Source: an uncultured Bifidobacterium sp. (lineage in GTDB: Bacteria > Bacteroidota > Bacteroidia > AKYH767-A > OLB10). From it: 64,000 nucleotides of DNA. This document shows, piece by piece, positions 60,391 through 64,000 of this stretch. The position numbers were made by a program, and so were the translations under genes. Under the pieces are notes generated by a model. That model had not been told where the DNA came from. It saw only the letters and a list, made by a program, of their open reading frames with translations, and made no database searches. The stretch covers positions 17,857-81,856 of the forward strand of contig CAZHSC010000005.1 in NCBI GenBank assembly GCA_964534995.1. Reading direction: 5' to 3'. Numbering within the stretch: position 1 is the first letter of the stretch; each line of letters starts with the position of its first letter.

Positions 60391-61400
60391 TAGCCGGATA
60401 CTTTGTTCATTAAATGCAATCGCTTTCTAAAAGCATAAATATTTTTAATCGAATACTTTTGATATGGGGCGGGGCCGGAGGCTCCAGGTTAAAAGTTCTA
60501 TCACCAAATTATTTCCGGCAATTTTAATTTAATGTTCAGCCATATCCTGTATTAAACGTTTATAAATACTTATCATACGACTAACTATTCCCAAATGACT
60601 ATTTTTGATTTGGGGCGGGGCCGGAGGCCCCCGGTTTTAGTAATATATTGTACCACGTATGAACGGAATTTTTTTCAGCAGCCGGATTCGTTTTCCAAAT
60701 TAAATTAACGATTATTATACGACCGGATATTTTCTATGATGAAAAATATCAACCAGGGCGGGCATGACTTAGCCCTATTTTGTCAATTCAATATTGATTT
60801 AATTATCCTTTCCGGAAAAGCTCGATGTAAACGTATATAAAGGTTTATTGTACGACTTCCCAATTTTTATAATGTAGATTTGTGCAGGGGCGGGGATGGC
60901 ATCCCCCCTTATCGCTGTTGAAATTTCTATTTCATTTATTATCTTTAAAGACGACTTGATGTAAACGTATATAAACGTTTATTATACGACTTCCCAATTT
61001 TTATAATGTAGATTTGTGCAGGGGCGGGGATGGCATCCCCCCTTATCGCTGTTGAAATTTCTATTTCATTTATTATCTTTAAAGACGACTTGATGTAAAC
61101 GTATATAAACGTTTATTATACGACTTCCCAATTTTTATAATGTAGATTTGTGCAGGGGCGGGGATGGAGGCCCCCGGCTAAAAGTTCTATCACTAAATTA
61201 TTTCCGGCAATTTTAATTTAATGTTCAGCCATATCCTGTATTAAACGTTTATAAATACTTATCGTACGACTAATTATTCCCAAATGACTATTTTTGAATT
61301 GGGGTGGGGCCGGAGGCCCCCGGTTTCAGTAAAAAAAATATACGCCATAAACGGAATATTTTTTAGCAGCCGGATTCGTTTATCACCCAATTTAAACGTT
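60391..61400 (+). repeat. Tandem array of seven 131-146-bp units (palindrome + TACGAC-N18-TAnnTTTG box + GGGGCGGGG hairpin)
   Basis: The G-run hairpins start at 60466, 60612, 60756, 60887, 61021, 61155 and 61301. The three central units are near-identical with a 134-bp period. Blocks 60466-60700 and 61155-61385 are ~230-bp direct repeats. No ORF of 60 aa or more lies in the array. Confidence 0.85.
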
Positions 61401-61714
61401 TGTATATCCCGCTATAGCTGACAACCACGTTGAAGTTCAAATTGACCTCATCACTTTCCTACAGGACTTACTCAATGTTTCCTTTTAAGCTTATTCTCGT
61501 ACCGTGTATAATAACAAAAACGCTTATGTAATCTTTAACATTATTGAAGTTGTCAGCATCTGTTTCTAAATCCTAAATCGCCTTCACGCTGTTTCATGCA
61601 AGAATTCATAAAATCGGTACATGAAAACTTATCGACTTTTTCAGCATTGTTTTACTCCTGTTTTTCCATTTTTAGATGGATTTGTGTCTACCTGTTACAG
61701 GACGGGACATTTCC

Positions 61715-61749
61715 AATATAAAAAGGGCCATCATCACTGACAGCCCTTT
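61715..61749 (-). terminator. Rho-independent terminator after the PKD/T9SS gene
   Basis: On the minus strand: AAAGGGC-N14-GCCCTTT followed by TTATATT, 23 nt after the stop at 61772. Confidence 0.6.
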
Positions 61750-61771
61750 CTTTATGCCGGTATCCGGTATA

Positions 61772-63889
61772 TCATCTGGCAATCAAAAAAGGCAGGGAGT
61801 AACTGTTGCCGTTTTCCTGCACCTGCAAAATATACAATCCTTCCGCTTCCTTGCTCAGATCCAGTACCCATTGCTTCGGAGGCGCGATGCGCTCATACAC
61901 CTGTCTTCCATCACTGCCGGTGACCGTGACGCGCTGCGCACTTTCTTTCATCTTCAGCTGAAACAAGCCTGTGCCCGGATTCGGATACAGGCTGATGCCC
62001 GCCTTTTCAATTTCACCGATTCCCGAGCAGGGATCCACAGTGATGACGGAGGTGTCGCGGCCCACACAGCCTGCTGAATCGGTGTACGCATAAATAATAT
62101 TTTTCGCGCCCAGCCCTGCGGCGGCGGGATCAAACTGGTTGCCGGTAACACCCGGGCCGCTGTAAGTACCTCCGGCGGGTGTGCCGGGAGTAAGTGTGAT
62201 GGGTGAAGAGAATACGCATACCAGCGTTTGCGCTTCCACATAGGTTACAGCAGGCGCGTTCATCACAATGTTAATGGTGTCGGTCGAGGTACAAGCATTC
62301 ACGCTCGTTACGGTAACGAAGTAGCTGCCTCCGGAATTTACAAGAATACTTTGTGTGGTGGCTCCCGTATTCCACAAATACGAGCTGCCCGGGTTTCCCG
62401 CGTTTATGGACACAAAGCCCTGGCAGATACTAAGGTCGTTACCGAGAAATACAACAGGTATCGGGTAAATAGTAGCAACAATAAAATCACCGGCCGAGCA
62501 ACCGAATCCATTAGTTACCGTCACGGAATACACTCCTGTTTGTGTAATGGATATCGTCTGTGTCGTTTCGGAGGTGCTCCAGAGGTAACTGCTGCCGGGG
62601 TTCTGCGCATCGAGGAGGATGGCATTCCCGCCGCAGATGGAAACAGAGTCATTACCCAAAGAAACAACGGGGAAAGGATTTATGGTGACATTTATTGTGT
62701 CTGCACCGGAACAACCGGCTGCATCGGTAACCACTACATCGTAAGTACCGGAAGCCGTAACAGTAAGCGTAGACGTGGTGGCGGAAGTACTCCAGAGATA
62801 AGTGGAATAGGAGCCCGGTAGACTGAGCACTGTACTTCCACAGGCGGTAATATCACTCCCCAGGCTCAGCGGCAGCACGTTGGGACATACGGAGATGTTT
62901 TTACATTCGGTATTCACCCCGCCGCAGGTATCTGTCGCCGTGAGGCAAACGGTATACAAGCCAAAGGTAGCATAGCTATGGGAGGGGTTCTGCTGGGTGG
63001 ATGTGGTACCATCGCCAAAATCCCAGAGCCATGTGGTGGTGTTCTGCGAGTTATCGGTAAAGTCCACCGTAGGATAGTTGATAGTATAGCTGTAGTCCGC
63101 CAGCGCCGGGGCGGGGCAGATAATGACGGTGGTGCAAACGGTATCACTCACGCAGGCGCCGGTGATATAGGAACATACCGTATAGTTGCCCGGTGCGGCG
63201 AAAGTGTGGGTCGGGTTGTAGGCAGTATCTAACGGCGACCCGTCACCGTAATCCCATACCGAGGTAGCCGCCGAGCTGGCGCCGTTGCTGAAAGCATAGG
63301 TGGTACCTCCCTGCCAGTTGGCATATACGTTAATGGTATAGGTAGTATCGTAATACAGGAACACCCTGCTGATGCTTCCTCCGGATTCTGTCCACAGGTC
63401 CTGCGGAGCGGTGGTGGACAGGGAGAATTGCATGCCAAGCCGCTGTATCGTTACCGGAAAGCCATTGATATCGCTGGTGCTCGGCGAAGTGGAGTAGGAG
63501 TTCACATCGCTGCCGCCGCTGTTTTTACGTACCCCCAGTACGCCGATGATATCGCCCGGCGCCACTTCAATGTTCAAGGCCTGTATACCCGTATCCGGAT
63601 TGTTCTGCGTTAGATACAGCACTGTAAAGTTATTCGTTACGGTACTGTACAGCGGGGGTACGTTATCCAGTTTTACGATGGCTATGCTTTGATTTCCGGG
63701 CGCCGCATCAAAGGGTACCTGGGCACCAGTAATGGTAAAACAGGTGGGGGAGGTAAACCAGTAACCGCGCACACTGCCCGAAAAAGTAGTTACCTGAGCC
63801 GGTAAAGGCATCTGAATCAGGTTTTGCGCCCATGAAGGGGCAAGGCAACACATCACCAATATTACGTGTAGTAGAATTTTTTTCATCAT
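61772..63889 (-). CDS. Secreted PKD-domain protein with three ~70-aa Cys-containing repeats and T9SS C-terminal sorting domain
   Basis: 705 aa with a signal peptide. It has two PKD signatures (WDYGDGSP..., WDFGDGTTS...) and three repeats containing GSSYLW(S/N)TxxTTQ(T/S)I. The CTD-like end is ISLYPNPGTGLFQLKM...PFLIAR. Confidence 0.75.
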   Translation of the reverse strand: MMKKILLHVILVMCCLAPSWAQNLIQMPLPAQVTTFSGSVRGYWFTSPTCFTITGAQVPFDAAPGNQSIAIVKLDNVPPLYSTVTNNFTVLYLTQNNPDTGIQALNIEVAPGDIIGVLGVRKNSGGSDVNSYSTSPSTSDINGFPVTIQRLGMQFSLSTTAPQDLWTESGGSISRVFLYYDTTYTINVYANWQGGTTYAFSNGASSAATSVWDYGDGSPLDTAYNPTHTFAAPGNYTVCSYITGACVSDTVCTTVIICPAPALADYSYTINYPTVDFTDNSQNTTTWLWDFGDGTTSTQQNPSHSYATFGLYTVCLTATDTCGGVNTECKNISVCPNVLPLSLGSDITACGSTVLSLPGSYSTYLWSTSATTSTLTVTASGTYDVVVTDAAGCSGADTINVTINPFPVVSLGNDSVSICGGNAILLDAQNPGSSYLWSTSETTQTISITQTGVYSVTVTNGFGCSAGDFIVATIYPIPVVFLGNDLSICQGFVSINAGNPGSSYLWNTGATTQSILVNSGGSYFVTVTSVNACTSTDTINIVMNAPAVTYVEAQTLVCVFSSPITLTPGTPAGGTYSGPGVTGNQFDPAAAGLGAKNIIYAYTDSAGCVGRDTSVITVDPCSGIGEIEKAGISLYPNPGTGLFQLKMKESAQRVTVTGSDGRQVYERIAPPKQWVLDLSKEAEGLYILQVQENGNSYSLPFLIAR

Positions 63890-64000
63890 CTCGTTATTTT
63901 TTATTGTATAACAAACTTACTAAATTTCATGGTACATGGTGGATACTGTTGAAATCCATTGTCGCACCGGAATCATAACCGGTACCGGCACTATTCCCTG

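Noticed and set aside
60899-60967. A 22-codon ORF (MASPLIAVEISISFIIFKDDLM) starts at the ATG in the loop of the type-A hairpin and recurs in the next 134-bp unit. It could be read as a tandem small-peptide or RiPP-precursor or type I toxin array.
   Set aside because: The reading frame is not conserved across the unit family. The chimeric unit at 61155 gives only ATG GAG GCC CCC GGC TAA (5 codons), and the type-B units have no ATG at that position. The two full copies are near-identical DNA, so they carry no evolutionary evidence for coding. I keep it only as a remote alternative.
60391-61400. CRISPR array
   Set aside because: The units are 131-146 bp with no short conserved repeat alternating with unique spacers. 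The inter-hairpin sequence is itself repeated. No cas genes lie in the window.
60391-61400. Insertion sequence, MITE or integron cassette array
   Set aside because: There is no transposase or integrase ORF. I found no terminal inverted repeats or target-site duplications. The large flanking repeats are direct, not inverted. A dispersed-repeat origin is not fully excluded, because a motif copy exists at 58942.
61413-61556. 9-bp inverted repeat GCTGACAAC ... GTTGTCAGC, about 125 nt apart, right of the array
   Set aside because: The arms are short with no further structure or repeat copies. This is within chance expectation for a 1.4-kb AT-rich spacer.
61676-62077. 133-aa plus-strand ORF downstream of the array, which could be read as the gene the array regulates
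   Set aside because: Most of it lies antisense to the T9SS CTD of the 705-aa gene and spans that gene's terminator hairpin. Its composition looks like a shadow frame.
1-64000. tRNA, rRNA, tmRNA or riboswitch genes in the intergenic spacers
   Set aside because: I scanned spacers longer than 100 nt by eye and found no tRNA-like T-arm (GGTTCGAATCC-type) or rRNA-like segment. A covariance-model scan would be needed to exclude small structured RNAs, especially in 24426-24673, 26018-26317, 45491-45889 and 61400-61700.

Overview
This is a 64-kb chromosomal window from a Bacteroidota genome. The phylum call rests on seven ORFs with T9SS type-A C-terminal sorting domains, TAnnTTTG promoter boxes, and SprB/PKD/BNR surface proteins; I cannot place it more precisely. 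All calls come from reading the ORF track and the DNA by eye, with no BLAST or HMM searches run.

Gene content, left to right:
- 0.1-2.6 kb: an SDR oxidoreductase, a cyclase-family protein and a WCGPC lipoprotein.
- 2.9-9.7 kb: a seven-gene efflux operon (TetR, TolC, HlyD, two ABC ATPases, two ABC-2 permeases).
- 9.7-13.2 kb: a low-GC islet with a SWIM zinc-finger gene, an AAA/DUF4143 ATPase gene and a gene remnant.
- 13.3-14.6 kb: ArsR plus an SRPBCC-VOC fusion protein.
- 14.7-20.7 kb: a YadA-like / S74-chaperone / T9SS adhesin, divergent from a propeller histidine kinase and a LytTR regulator.
- 20.8-26.0 kb: xseAB, small lipoproteins, a VOC protein, a porin and an orphan crtZ.
- 26.3-37.3 kb: a low-GC Lnt-family N-acyltransferase sitting 2 nt upstream of a 3138-aa giant protein built from 7 x (six-bladed Kelch propeller + Ig-like module).
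- 37.5-40.9 kb: EamA, a LolE-like permease, a membrane methyltransferase and rbfA.
- 41.0-49.8 kb: two tandem paralogous giant S8 peptidases with swapped C-termini.
- 50.0-63.9 kb: rsmI, followed by a run of T9SS cargo genes.

The most unexplained structure is a 1.4-kb gene-free gap (about 60.4-61.4 kb). It holds seven tandem 131-146-bp units. Each unit combines a palindromic site, a TACGAC-N18-TAnnTTTG promoter-like box and, exactly 4 nt downstream, a GGGGCGGGG hairpin. This could be an array of small-RNA genes or regulated promoters.

Other leads are the Lnt-giant pairing, a C-terminal module shared by the two giants that lack a T9SS CTD, and the SWIM + AAA/nuclease pair. I saw no rRNA, tRNA, CRISPR array, transposase or integrase.
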